Source of the DNA: an uncultured delta proteobacterium | GTDB taxonomy: Bacteria > Desulfobacterota > BSN033 > UBA1163 | Length of the DNA: 64,000 bases | Direction of reading: 5' to 3' | NCBI GenBank assembly: GCA_963827685.1 | Contig: CAWHBU010000005.1 | Coordinates: forward strand, 310,994-374,993 | In this document: piece by piece, positions 1 to 7,948 of the stretch | How the letters are laid out: every line of letters begins with the position of its first letter | Numbering within the stretch: the first letter of the stretch is position 1 | Made by a program: the position numbers and the translations under genes | The notes under the pieces: model-generated | What the model saw: only the letters and a program-made list of their open reading frames with translations | Databases searched by the model: none | Told to the model about the DNA's origin: nothing

Positions 1-234
1 ATGATCGGTTTCTTCAGCCATATCTTCGGCCTCCTCTGTGGTTTTCTTCTCTCTATTCTTCTCATCTACGTCATCAATAAGCAATCCTTTGGATGGACCA
101 TTCAGTTCTCCATTCCGCTTTGGAGTCTTATAGAGTCCTGGTTAGTGGTGATGCTCACTTCCATCGGCGCGGGCTTCATCCCAGCCCGTCGGGCTGCAAA
201 AATGAATATGGTGGAATCGTTAAGGATGGAATAA
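1..234 (+). CDS. C-terminal end of FtsX-like ABC transporter permease (partial)
   Basis: Hydrophobic C-terminus ending INKQSFGWTI...IPARRAAKMNMVESLRME, typical of permeases found next to AttH/lipocalin genes. Confidence 0.8.
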   Translation: MIGFFSHIFGLLCGFLLSILLIYVINKQSFGWTIQFSIPLWSLIESWLVVMLTSIGAGFIPARRAAKMNMVESLRME

Positions 235-290
235 GAATAAGTTAAGAGGTAAGAGTTAAAAGGTAAGAGTTACGAGTTATGGATATGGAG
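232..290. repeat. Degenerate heptameric simple repeats (GTTAAGA/GGTAAGA/GTTACGA)
   Basis: taagaataa gttaaga ggtaaga gttaaaa ggtaaga gttacga gttatgg directly after the stop codon. Confidence 0.6.
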
Positions 291-304
291 TATGTGCTGT
301 CCTC

Positions 305-467
305 TGCCCTTCCTCAGCCGTAAAATTGGTGAGAAAGTCTGACGCCATTCCACCAAAGGACTTCAAAGAATTGCACCGAGAGATTTTGAAGGAAAGAAAA
401 CCCGCAGCATAACACAACGCTCACCGGGGGCCGGATTGATCGGCATCCGCTGGAAGCGTTGTTACCC
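305..467. repeat. Copy 1 of a ~165-bp direct repeat (non-coding unit plus attC); copy 2 at 4349-4513
   Basis: tgcccttcctcagccgtaaa...gaaggaaagaaaa(c/t)ccgcagcat...gctcaccgggggccggattgatcggcatccg occurs at both places with few substitutions. Confidence 0.9.
407..467 (-). other. attC site of the higBA cassette
   Basis: On +: GCATAAC...GTTACCC. On -: GGGTAAC-5nt-TTCCAGCG (8-bp L'' with extra C)...CGGTGAG-6nt-GTTATGC. GTTACCCCG at 461 is complementary to CGGGGTAAC at 1141. Confidence 0.85.
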
Positions 468-472
468 CGTCC

Positions 473-757
473 CTATGCCGCCTTTTTGAGAGTGACATGC
501 ATGCCAGCTCTCGTCGCAAGGGTAATAATCATTTCGAGGCTAAATCTCTCCCATTTGCCTCTGATCAAGTCTGAAACCCTGGATTGACTAACGCCGAGGA
601 TCTCCGCAGCCTTGGCCTGCGTTAGCCTCTTGGCTTTGATGAATTTCCGGAGATCGGCCATAAGATCGGCACGCATCTGAAGAATTGCGGCTTCATCCGG
701 AGAATACCCGAGGTCAATGAATACGTTTCCAGAAGATTTAACAGCAACCTCGCTCAT
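473..757 (-). CDS. higA: HigA-type XRE/HTH antitoxin
   Basis: SSGNVFIDLG N-terminus, HTH LTQAKAAEILGVSQSRVSDL, overlaps the toxin stop codon. Confidence 0.85.
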   Translation of the reverse strand: MSEVAVKSSGNVFIDLGYSPDEAAILQMRADLMADLRKFIKAKRLTQAKAAEILGVSQSRVSDLIRGKWERFSLEMIITLATRAGMHVTLKKAA

Positions 758-1074
758 AAATTACCTCCAATCTGCCTGTACCGCTGGCGAGCCAAATCAA
801 TATCATGCCGGCTCGTTTTTCGAGTCTTCTTTTGAAATGCGTGAAGCACATAAACCGCTTCGCGAAGCTTAGCAACATAGATTACTCGCCACTCGCCCAA
901 GACGTGGATACGGATTTCCTTCACGCCTGGGCCGATCACCTGCATTGGTTTCCAATCGCTTGGTTCAAGTCCGTTTTGGACCGCACGGAGTTCGAAGCCT
1001 GCGGCACGGCGAGCTTCATCGGGAAAGTTCCGAAGATCATCGAGGCTCGATCCCACGAAGTTCAACGGCTTCAT
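754..1074 (-). CDS. higB: HigB/RelE-type (Gp49-like) toxin
   Basis: MKPLNFVGSSLDDLRNFP...GVKEIRI...VYVLHAFQKKTRKT; toxin-first gene order. Confidence 0.85.
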   Translation of the reverse strand: MKPLNFVGSSLDDLRNFPDEARRAAGFELRAVQNGLEPSDWKPMQVIGPGVKEIRIHVLGEWRVIYVAKLREAVYVLHAFQKKTRKTSRHDIDLARQRYRQIGGNL

Positions 1075-1084
1075 AGTCACCAGA

Positions 1085-1114
1085 ATATTATATAAGTTTT
1101 TATATATTTAGCAA
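1085..1114 (-). promoter_or_regulatory. Cassette-internal higBA promoter with palindromic operator
   Basis: On -: TTGCTA-16nt-TATAAT just upstream of the start. Perfect TATATAA-N4-TTATATA palindrome at 1089-1106 between the hexamers. Confidence 0.7.
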
Positions 1115-1149
1115 GTCCAATGATTAAGGTCCTTATCGTGCGGGGTAAC

Positions 1150-2952
1150 GAGCCTGTAGAAAAAGTCGGTTTTTTAAAAACCGCTTCTTCTGCTGGATCA
1201 AAAATAGGAAATTATTTTCTGTCATCAAAAGTTTTTCCGATTCTTGGCGAAATGTTCGTCTTTTCATGATATTTTTCTTACCACAGTATCATATCACCTA
1301 ATCCGACTCCGTTCACGCAAGCTCCAGACCGTATCGATGCACTTTAAATAGATTGTGCACCGCACAGTAGAGTAACCACTGGGTGTTCACTTTTCGTTTC
1401 CCTCGAAGGGTAAATCGGTTCAACCCTAAGGTAGAGCAAATATTCCCAAATACAGGCTCTGCCGTTCCGAGTCTCCTGTCGTAGATGAGTCTGCCTTTTA
1501 TCGAATCTATTTTGCGCTTCATCTTCTGGGTAAACGTCTCCGGCTTCGACTCCGCACTCCCCTGAAAGAAGTACACCTGTCTTGCCTCCGTTCTGTCCGG
1601 ATGTCTCAGGCATCTCTCCCGTAGTCCGCAGATCCGACAGTCGGTCTTTCTCCCATGAAACTTGATGGCCCGCTGACCGTTGACCACCACATTCCCCCCA
1701 TTGCGATACAGGCGCTTACCCCCAGGACAGATGCAATGAGTCTTGTCTTCGCTGATCGTAAAATCCCTGTGTGGCCTGTATAAGTCGGCCACTCCGTAGT
1801 ACTCAGCCCTCTCCTTTCTGAATTGCTCTTTGTATTTGTCAACGTCCGAAAACCGCGGGTCCCGCTTCCGAAACTGCGTGTCTGCAATATAGGCATCGAT
1901 CCCTTGCCCCATGACCTCCTTCATATTCGCCTCGGTATGAAACCCACTGTCCGCTGTGAGCTTTGCTTTCTCGAAGATATCCTGTTTAATGCCGACGGCC
2001 TCGAAGTTCTCCCTCGTCCCCTCGAGCATAGGAAGAAGAAGATCATGTTCCTGCGCTGCTCCAAATGCCTCCGCATGTACAACCACCTGGTGCTTTCCGT
2101 CTACCACCGCTACCCCATCGTAACCCTGGATCACCCCGTGCGAGGTCTTCATCTTGGCGCTCTCATTGTCCGTGATGTTGCTCTTCACGGGCTTACCGCT
2201 CTTGCCAGGTTTGTCCTCGTTTTCTCGTAGCCATGCCTTTATCTTCTTTACCTTCCCCCGAAGGGTCTCCACATACTGCTCTTCTTGCTCCATCACTCCC
2301 CGGTCCGCCTCGGTAACATCCACCTCCCGATGCCGCTTGACAATCTGCCTGATCACCTTCTCCATCTTCTCTCTTTTCTTCTCCAGTTCTTTCTTCGTCC
2401 CGCTCCATTCTTTCGAGGCGTTTGAAGGCAGCTTGCAGCCATCCACTGCAAACATCTCTTTCCCGATCAGCCCCATCTCATCGCAGATCAACAGTATCTC
2501 TAGAAACAGATGGATGATCTCCTGGCCCGAGGTCGAAATGAAGTCTGAGATCGTCGTAAAATGCGGCTGCGTATCCGCCGAGAGCGCCATGAAGATAACA
2601 TTCTCTTGACAACACTGCGCTATCTTTCGGCTCGAGGTGATTCCTCGTGAGTACACATACAGGATAATCTTTAATAGGACGGCGGGATCGTATGCCGGCG
2701 CTCCCATCTCGTCGTTTCGGTACCGGCAATCAAAAATCGACAGGTCTATCTCGTTGTCAATGAGGTAATGAAGGCTATACTCAAACGTCCCGGGTAAGAT
2801 CTGTCGGTCAAAGTGGATCGGTATGAACTTTCCCTGTGAATAATCAAACTCTTTGTATCTCGCCATCCAGTCCCTCCTAAGCGGTCTCCGCTCTCTTTGC
2901 CGCTACTGATATGGCGATTTTATCATGCTTTTAAGACTTTTTCTACAGCCTC
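1150..2952 (-). mobile_element. Complete IS1182-family insertion sequence (1803 bp) inserted in an attC site
   Basis: 18-bp terminal IRs GAGCCTGTAGAAAAAGTC (1150-1167) and GACTTTTTCTACAGCCTC (2935-2952), 17/18 match. AAC on both sides (1147-1149, 2953-2955). Confidence 0.92.
1313..2866 (-). CDS. IS1182-family DDE transposase
   Basis: GAPAYDPAVLLKIILY..SSRKI (DUF772-like), FAVDGCK, TDNESAKM, ADSGF, RRLGTAEPVFG..FTLRG..HNL. Confidence 0.93.
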   Translation of the reverse strand: MARYKEFDYSQGKFIPIHFDRQILPGTFEYSLHYLIDNEIDLSIFDCRYRNDEMGAPAYDPAVLLKIILYVYSRGITSSRKIAQCCQENVIFMALSADTQPHFTTISDFISTSGQEIIHLFLEILLICDEMGLIGKEMFAVDGCKLPSNASKEWSGTKKELEKKREKMEKVIRQIVKRHREVDVTEADRGVMEQEEQYVETLRGKVKKIKAWLRENEDKPGKSGKPVKSNITDNESAKMKTSHGVIQGYDGVAVVDGKHQVVVHAEAFGAAQEHDLLLPMLEGTRENFEAVGIKQDIFEKAKLTADSGFHTEANMKEVMGQGIDAYIADTQFRKRDPRFSDVDKYKEQFRKERAEYYGVADLYRPHRDFTISEDKTHCICPGGKRLYRNGGNVVVNGQRAIKFHGRKTDCRICGLRERCLRHPDRTEARQVYFFQGSAESKPETFTQKMKRKIDSIKGRLIYDRRLGTAEPVFGNICSTLGLNRFTLRGKRKVNTQWLLYCAVHNLFKVHRYGLELA

Positions 2953-3013
2953 AACGCCAGCATAAGGGGCGCGGCGGCTTTTTGCTTTGTCCTTCTTTAG
3001 CGAATGGTTAGCT
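2953..3013 (-). other. attC site split by the IS (rest of R' at 1143-1149)
   Basis: Removing the IS gives GGGTAAC gccagcataaggggc...gtccttctttagcgaatg GTTAGCT. GTTAGCT (3007) pairs with AGCTAAC (3562) at the other end of the cassette. Confidence 0.75.
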
Positions 3014-3014
3014 G

Positions 3015-3554
3015 TCAGTCGCTCAACCACACTCTTATAAAACGCTTCGTATTATTATCCCAATAGAAAAGGGATGCCGCGCTTTCAAACCTATAGTAAA
3101 GGATGGAGGGGGTCTTTATTGTGATCTTTGACCTCGGTTCCGTTTTTCCAACGCAGTCATTCCCAACCTCTATACAGAGATACTGGTGCGTGCCTGGTGC
3201 GAGTACTTTTAACCCCATCCCTAAGTCAACATTGGGGTACTTCGGTCCCCAATCAATTACGTCCAGGGTTACCCACCTGAAACCCCCCTTGCCATCGGAC
3301 AACCATACCAAAAGGCCTTGGCCACTGAACTTTGTGCTCTTAAACAAGAATGCCTCATCTTGCACCCCGTCACCGTTGAAATCGGCGGTGGCCCAGGCCA
3401 ATTTCGTTGGTGACTTGCTCCGCTCTTGATCAGCTAATTCATTTTCAGTCGGATAGCGCCAGCCATCAGGAGGTCTGTCGGCTCCAACCGTATAATCTGG
3501 AGACCACAGGAACAGGGCGCAGCAGACTGTGAGTGATAGAATAAATCCTTTCAT
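3015..3554 (-). CDS. Cassette-encoded secreted hypothetical protein with FG-GAP-like DFNGDG motif
   Basis: Signal peptide, ADFNGDGVQDEA; ORF fills the cassette from border to border. Confidence 0.7.
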   Translation of the reverse strand: MKGFILSLTVCCALFLWSPDYTVGADRPPDGWRYPTENELADQERSKSPTKLAWATADFNGDGVQDEAFLFKSTKFSGQGLLVWLSDGKGGFRWVTLDVIDWGPKYPNVDLGMGLKVLAPGTHQYLCIEVGNDCVGKTEPRSKITIKTPSILYYRFESAASLFYWDNNTKRFIRVWLSD

Positions 3555-3568
3555 AAATGATAGCTAAC

Positions 3569-3728
3569 GAGCCTGTAGAAAAACCCCCTCACTGCGATTA
3601 AGGGATGGTTTTCTGGGGGTCTCTTGACCCCTCCTCAGCATGAGATCGTCGCATACAGAGCATCCCGAAGGGTCGTATCTTCTTCCAACTAACCGCATTC
3701 GTGCGAGATTGACTTTCTCTACAGCCTA
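3569..3728. mobile_element. 160-bp MITE with IS1182-type ends, inserted in an attC site
   Basis: GAGCCTGTAGAAAAA...GACTTTCTCTACAGCCTA, flanked by AAC (3566-3568 and 3729-3731); no transposase. Confidence 0.88.
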
Positions 3729-3787
3729 AACATCGCAGCTCCCCGGCCGCCAAGTTACTGGCGGTTGGGTGTAGCCGCAGGTAAGAA
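3729..3787 (-). other. attC site split by the MITE (degenerate R'')
   Basis: AAC atcgcagctccccggccgcca agttac tggcggttgggtgtagccgcag GTAAGAA forms a hairpin. GTAAGAA is one mismatch from the complement of TTCTAAC (4287). Confidence 0.7.
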
Positions 3788-3796
3788 GAAGTTTTT

Positions 3797-4273
3797 CTAA
3801 TCACGTTGCAGTGAGCGAAGAAATTTAAGGATATCACGAATTATTTCCTTAAACGTATACCTGTCAGTAGCGCTATCTACACATTCTTCCGCATGATTAT
3901 TTGTAATATCAGTTTCTGACAGTTCGAATTTACCTTGTTCTATTTGACTCAAAAGGTCCTTGGCTTTCTCTACATCCTTTTCGTCAACCTGAATCGCAAC
4001 AGGACCAACTATTGGGTTAAACCCGGTACCTAAGCGGCCTCCTGCAAATAAGTCCTGCAACCCTTCGCCTTTAACATAATATTTGATACCTTCAGATTCG
4101 AAAAGTGACTTGGCAAATGCAATATAAGCAGGATCGCCTGTTTCATACACAGTCACAAATCTAATAAATTCAGACTCTATTCCAGGAGGAGACTCATTAA
4201 CAAGGGCCACATTGCACGTTGAACATACAGTAATTCCCTCGATATATTCAGCACCGCAATTTGGACAAAACAC
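3797..4273 (-). CDS. Cassette-encoded zinc-ribbon plus DUF2007-like (putative signal-transducing) protein
   Basis: MFCPNCGAEY..CSTC, AKSLFESEGIKY, IQVDEKDVEKAKDLL; GTG start after AGGAG. Confidence 0.75.
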   Translation of the reverse strand: MFCPNCGAEYIEGITVCSTCNVALVNESPPGIESEFIRFVTVYETGDPAYIAFAKSLFESEGIKYYVKGEGLQDLFAGGRLGTGFNPIVGPVAIQVDEKDVEKAKDLLSQIEQGKFELSETDITNNHAEECVDSATDRYTFKEIIRDILKFLRSLQRD

Positions 4274-4293
4274 TTATATCTCCTAATTCTAAC

Positions 4294-4450
4294 GAGCCTG
4301 TAGAAAAAACCCCTCAATACGATTGAGGGATGGTTTTCGGGGGTCGGTTGCCCTTCCTCAGCCGTAAAGTTGGTGAGAAAGTCTGACGCCATTCCTCCAA
4401 AAGACTTTAAAGAATTGCACCAAGAGATTTTGAAGGAAAGAAAATCCGCA
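4294..4450. mobile_element. One-ended IS1182-derived element at a cassette junction
   Basis: Starts GAGCCTGTAGAAAAA right after TTCTAAC. First ~70 bp resemble the 3569 MITE (hairpin CCCTCAAT-ACG-ATTGAGGG). No second IR; runs into an attC. Confidence 0.75.
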
Positions 4451-4513
4451 GCATGACGCTAACGCTCACCGGGGGCCGGATTGATCGGCATCCGGTGGCG
4501 CCGCTTGTTAGCG
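4451..4513 (-). other. attC site, near-identical core to 407-467
   Basis: GCATGAC gctaacgctcaccggggg ccggattgatcggc atccggtggcgccgctt GTTAGCG. GTTAGCG nearly pairs with CGCTAAT (4894). Confidence 0.75.
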
Positions 4514-4604
4514 AATGGTTACCTATCTCCCCGTTCGCTCATTATCTTCTCTTGTCGTCCCTTTGTTCACGCAGTACGTAAATGGAGCCCTCATAGCCAT
4601 AGAG

Positions 4605-4880
4605 TTAGTGAAAGAAAGCTGTAATCACAAACATAATGGCACATAACAGAAAGTTGAGGTGTGCCAGAAGAAAGAGCTTAAACCGAGCACTTAGTTTCTC
4701 ATGGTTATTTCTTAGATGCCTATAATATCGATAGACGTTTAGAGTTCCTGCGAACAATACCATTCGGAAGTCCGGTCGAGCCTTGATTTCTCTTTGCGCA
4801 AGAATTGCCGTTATTCCAAAAAAGGCCATCGTAAATACCAGATATATTCCAATCATGAAGTCCCAAGTGAGCATATCCAA
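4605..4880 (-). CDS. Cassette-encoded small two-TM membrane protein
   Basis: Two hydrophobic segments; lies between attC sites. Confidence 0.6.
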   Translation of the reverse strand: MDMLTWDFMIGIYLVFTMAFFGITAILAQREIKARPDFRMVLFAGTLNVYRYYRHLRNNHEKLSARFKLFLLAHLNFLLCAIMFVITAFFH

Positions 4881-4893
4881 ATTTCTTATATCC

Positions 4894-4951
4894 CGCTAAT
4901 GATCTGAATCAGCGGGGCATATTACGCATCTGCCGAATTGTTTTGTCAGCC
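4894..4951 (-). other. Degenerate attC site
   Basis: CGCTAAT gatctgaatcagcgggg...atctgccgaattgtttt GTCAGCC. Both core triplets mutated. GTCAGCC nearly pairs with GGCTAAC (6368). Confidence 0.65.
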
Positions 4952-4955
4952 ACAC

Positions 4956-6353
4956 CTAAACACTTTGTTTCCTTCTTTCGCCGTGTACATAATCTGGAAT
5001 TCTACCGGTTCTTATGGCATCTTCGAGCCACATTGCCTTCTGTAACAATAGTTTGTTACCAGTCTTTTTAAAGATTTCTATAGATTGACTTACAAGTGCT
5101 AAGGCCTCATCTTTCTCTCCGAAGAATCTTATTTGGTTCGCAAGGTTATGAAGTACGTTTGCTACACCTTCTTCATCAGCAATTTGAGCGTAAATGTTCT
5201 TGGCCAGAAGAAGGCTTCTCTTGCAAAGGTCTCTTTCATACTCATATCTGTCAGAAACCTTCATCTGGCAATATGCCAGGGCACGCTGACCCGCTGCATT
5301 GCCGATTAAGAGTAGTACGCCTGCCAACATCTGAAGGTCATTACTTTTAGCTGTTAAATTAAGAGCTGCGTCAAAGGCAGAATTATACTCCTCTTGGGTA
5401 CGTCTTAAACGACCAAGAGTGCTTTGCCGTTGTGCCTCAGTCACAAAAGGCAAACCACATAGATTGGATGCCATGATGGAGAAGAACATTCTCATATCTT
5501 CATTAATATAAGCAAAAGACAAAAAGGATGCTTTTTGAGCAAGGAAGAAAGCTTTAAAACGTTGACTCCCAATCGATTCAGTTAGGGCGATGCCTGATTT
5601 ACAAAGCTCTATCATATCTGTAGGGGAGTCCTCTAAAGGATCAAACAGATCCAAGAGTCCGATCAACGCATTAAGTTGAGCCACGGTATCCTTACTTGCA
5701 TAGTAAATAGTCTTAAGCTCTTTCTTTGCATTGCCGGTGGCAAAGACCTGCCGTAATTCAATTACGCGCTTATTATCGTCACTATCACCAGCCTTTGATT
5801 CCATAAAAGGTGCAGCAAGTAGATGTTTCTGAATCGGACCCTCCTTCTTTTGCGTTTGTTTTAAATAACTCAAGATTTCGTCTAGTTTCTTATCTATACG
5901 CGTAACGTGTAGCTGTGGAAATGCTTCATATAAATGGGGATTTTTGTAAAGTTCATTGGCAAGAAATGTAGATTCCAGGTGATTTGCGGCAAACCCAAGG
6001 TCAGATCCAATCTTGCACATTTGGGCAACTACGTTGCTACTCAACTTTCTGGGAGTGATAAACGTCCACCGTTCCACTTCGTACTTGTCGGCATCTCGGA
6101 GTTTTGCTGCTTTTTGCATATCGCTCGTTATTTTCTCCAAGTAGTCCTTATCCGTCTTTTTCTCGGGCTTAATGGGGCAGTAAATGGCGAATATCGTTTT
6201 TTCTGACCGCAAATATCCGTCATTTCCCTCATCACTCCGAGTTCCGTCAATTATTTGAAAATCCTCACCATAGATACAAGTAAGAATCAAATTAGACAAT
6301 CGTGTGAATTCTTGTGGATTGGTTATCAGGGCGATTTGGTCTTCCAGATACAT
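4956..6353 (-). CDS. Cassette-encoded PD-(D/E)XK-like nuclease domain plus C-terminal TPR protein (candidate defence effector)
   Basis: N-terminal NPQEFTRL..GTRSDEGNDGY..FAIYCP..KITSDMQKA..WTFITP; C-terminal ANVLHNLAN..EALALVSQSIEIF. The ATG at 6353 lies inside the cassette border at 6374, whereas the track start 6395 is outside. Confidence 0.65.
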   Translation of the reverse strand: MYLEDQIALITNPQEFTRLSNLILTCIYGEDFQIIDGTRSDEGNDGYLRSEKTIFAIYCPIKPEKKTDKDYLEKITSDMQKAAKLRDADKYEVERWTFITPRKLSSNVVAQMCKIGSDLGFAANHLESTFLANELYKNPHLYEAFPQLHVTRIDKKLDEILSYLKQTQKKEGPIQKHLLAAPFMESKAGDSDDNKRVIELRQVFATGNAKKELKTIYYASKDTVAQLNALIGLLDLFDPLEDSPTDMIELCKSGIALTESIGSQRFKAFFLAQKASFLSFAYINEDMRMFFSIMASNLCGLPFVTEAQRQSTLGRLRRTQEEYNSAFDAALNLTAKSNDLQMLAGVLLLIGNAAGQRALAYCQMKVSDRYEYERDLCKRSLLLAKNIYAQIADEEGVANVLHNLANQIRFFGEKDEALALVSQSIEIFKKTGNKLLLQKAMWLEDAIRTGRIPDYVHGERRKQSV

Positions 6354-6367
6354 GTTAAATATTTTAT

Positions 6368-6415
6368 GGCTAACAATTAATAGACCAAGTTCCAATTTGT
6401 TTCTAATTGGCCCTT
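6368..6415 (-). other. Putative attI-like site at the head of the array
   Basis: On -: CCAATTAGAAACAAATTGGAACTTGGTCTATTAATT GTTAGCC. AT-rich, no attC hairpin upstream; no intI ORF follows. Confidence 0.45.
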
Positions 6416-6565
6416 CTACCTGTACTTTTTACCACCTTTTTATTTTGGCGTCTATAGAATTCTTGATTCTATTTCGTTTTTTCCATTACAATAGCATAAA
6501 ATTTAAAGCAACTTCTTTTGACAATTTTTATTGGGTGCCAGGAGTTTTCTTTCCGACAAATTGTT

Positions 6566-6628
6566 TCCCCTCACCCCATCCCTCTCCCCTGGGGGGAGAG
6601 GGGAAGGTGACAGAGGAGGGGTGAGGGG
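6566..6628. repeat. REP-like palindrome (CCCCTCACCC..CCCTCTCCCC..GGGGAGAGGG family)
   Basis: Nested inverted repeats; related copies near 18953, 19682 and 55258. Confidence 0.7.
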
Positions 6629-6635
6629 ATGGAGG

Positions 6636-7784
6636 ATGAGATTGCTTCGCCTTCGGCTCGCAATGACCGCCTGCTTCGTAATTCTGCTGACCCTTGTTTC
6701 ATTCACTCCTGCGCTTCTGAGCCAAGACTTCAAGCGGGCTCTTCCGGGAAGAACCTTTTCTTTTCCCCAGGACCATTTCTCTCATCGTGAATTCAAAACC
6801 GAATGGTGGTACTATTCCGGCCATCTCCAATCCCTTGGCGACGATGGAAAATCCTTTGGCTATCAGCTCACCTTTTTCAGAACGGGTTTAACAAGAGAGA
6901 CAAAACATCAAAAGTCAAAATGGTCCATTCAAGACCTTTATTTCGCGCATCTTGCCATCACGGATGAATCGAAAAAGAAGTTTGAATATCGTGAAAAGAT
7001 CAGCCGTGGAAGCTTGGGAGAGGCAGGGGCTTCCCCTTACAAGACAGGTGAAAAGACCTTTCGAATCTGGATTGAGGACTGGTCCGTTGAAGGAAAGGGT
7101 CCTGGAATGCAAAATCACCTTCTCAAAGCTGGAGATAAAGTTTTTGGGATTGAACTGATGCTTACGCCGGAAAAAAATCCAGTCATCCACGGGCAAAATG
7201 GGATCAGCCAGAAAGCCGAAGGAGAGGGATATGCCTCGCATTATTATTCCATCCCCCGCTTAAGAACGGAAGGGAGAATCTTTTTACAAAACAAAGAAAT
7301 TTCTGTTCAAGGAATCGGCTGGATGGACCATGAATTTGGCTCCTCTCAACTCCGAGAATACCAGGTTGGATGGGATTGGTTCAGCATTCAATTGGATAAG
7401 GGGATAGAGTTGATGCTTTATCAGATCCGACAAAGCGATGGGAAAATAGATCCCTATTCCAGCGGGAGCATCATCTTTCCTGACGGAACATACCAGCATT
7501 TATTTGGGAAGGAATTCCAGATTGAAGTCCTGGATCACTGGAAAAGCTCAAAGAGCGGGGCCGCCTATCCCTCCAAATGGAGGGTGAAGGTCCCCGGTCG
7601 TCAGATTGATCTGATCATCTCCCCAACCGTTAAAGATCAAGAATTGATTACCAAGGAATCCACCCGGGTGATCTATTGGGAGGGAAGCGTTAAGGTGGAT
7701 GGGAAGTATCAGGGCGGTCCTATCAAGGGGATGGGTTATGTGGAATTAACCGGATATGCCGAGCCTCTTTCCGGAAAAATCTGA
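6636..7784 (+). CDS. Secreted AttH/CrtC-like lipocalin-domain protein (carotenoid 1,2-hydratase family)
   Basis: FSFPQDHFSH..TEWWYYSGHL, GWMDHEFGS, GWDWFSIQL, YWEG..GYVELTGY. Confidence 0.9.
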   Translation: MRLLRLRLAMTACFVILLTLVSFTPALLSQDFKRALPGRTFSFPQDHFSHREFKTEWWYYSGHLQSLGDDGKSFGYQLTFFRTGLTRETKHQKSKWSIQDLYFAHLAITDESKKKFEYREKISRGSLGEAGASPYKTGEKTFRIWIEDWSVEGKGPGMQNHLLKAGDKVFGIELMLTPEKNPVIHGQNGISQKAEGEGYASHYYSIPRLRTEGRIFLQNKEISVQGIGWMDHEFGSSQLREYQVGWDWFSIQLDKGIELMLYQIRQSDGKIDPYSSGSIIFPDGTYQHLFGKEFQIEVLDHWKSSKSGAAYPSKWRVKVPGRQIDLIISPTVKDQELITKESTRVIYWEGSVKVDGKYQGGPIKGMGYVELTGYAEPLSGKI

Positions 7785-7948
7785 CCCAATCGCAGGTCAT
7801 TGACCCTCTCGGGGACTTTGTCCTAAAGATTTCGAAATAAAGATCCACTTCTTCATTATTATCATCTCCTTTCATCGGACTTGAAAATAGCGCATATTAG
7901 GTCCTTAGGACATATTACTCTACCACTCGCTGAGTATCGAAAAAGGAG

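Noticed and set aside
232-290. Possible CRISPR array
   Set aside because: Only degenerate 7-mers with no spacers. No repeat-spacer array or cas genes were seen anywhere in the window.
3598-4392. Track ORFs 3598-3837 and 4177-4392
   Set aside because: They run through MITE and attC sequence and overlap a real cassette gene; probably spurious.
6375-6630. Integron integrase or LexA box next to the attI-like site
   Set aside because: No tyrosine-recombinase ORF in any frame. CTGTACTTTTTACCAC near 6420 is only a partial match to CTG-N10-CAG.
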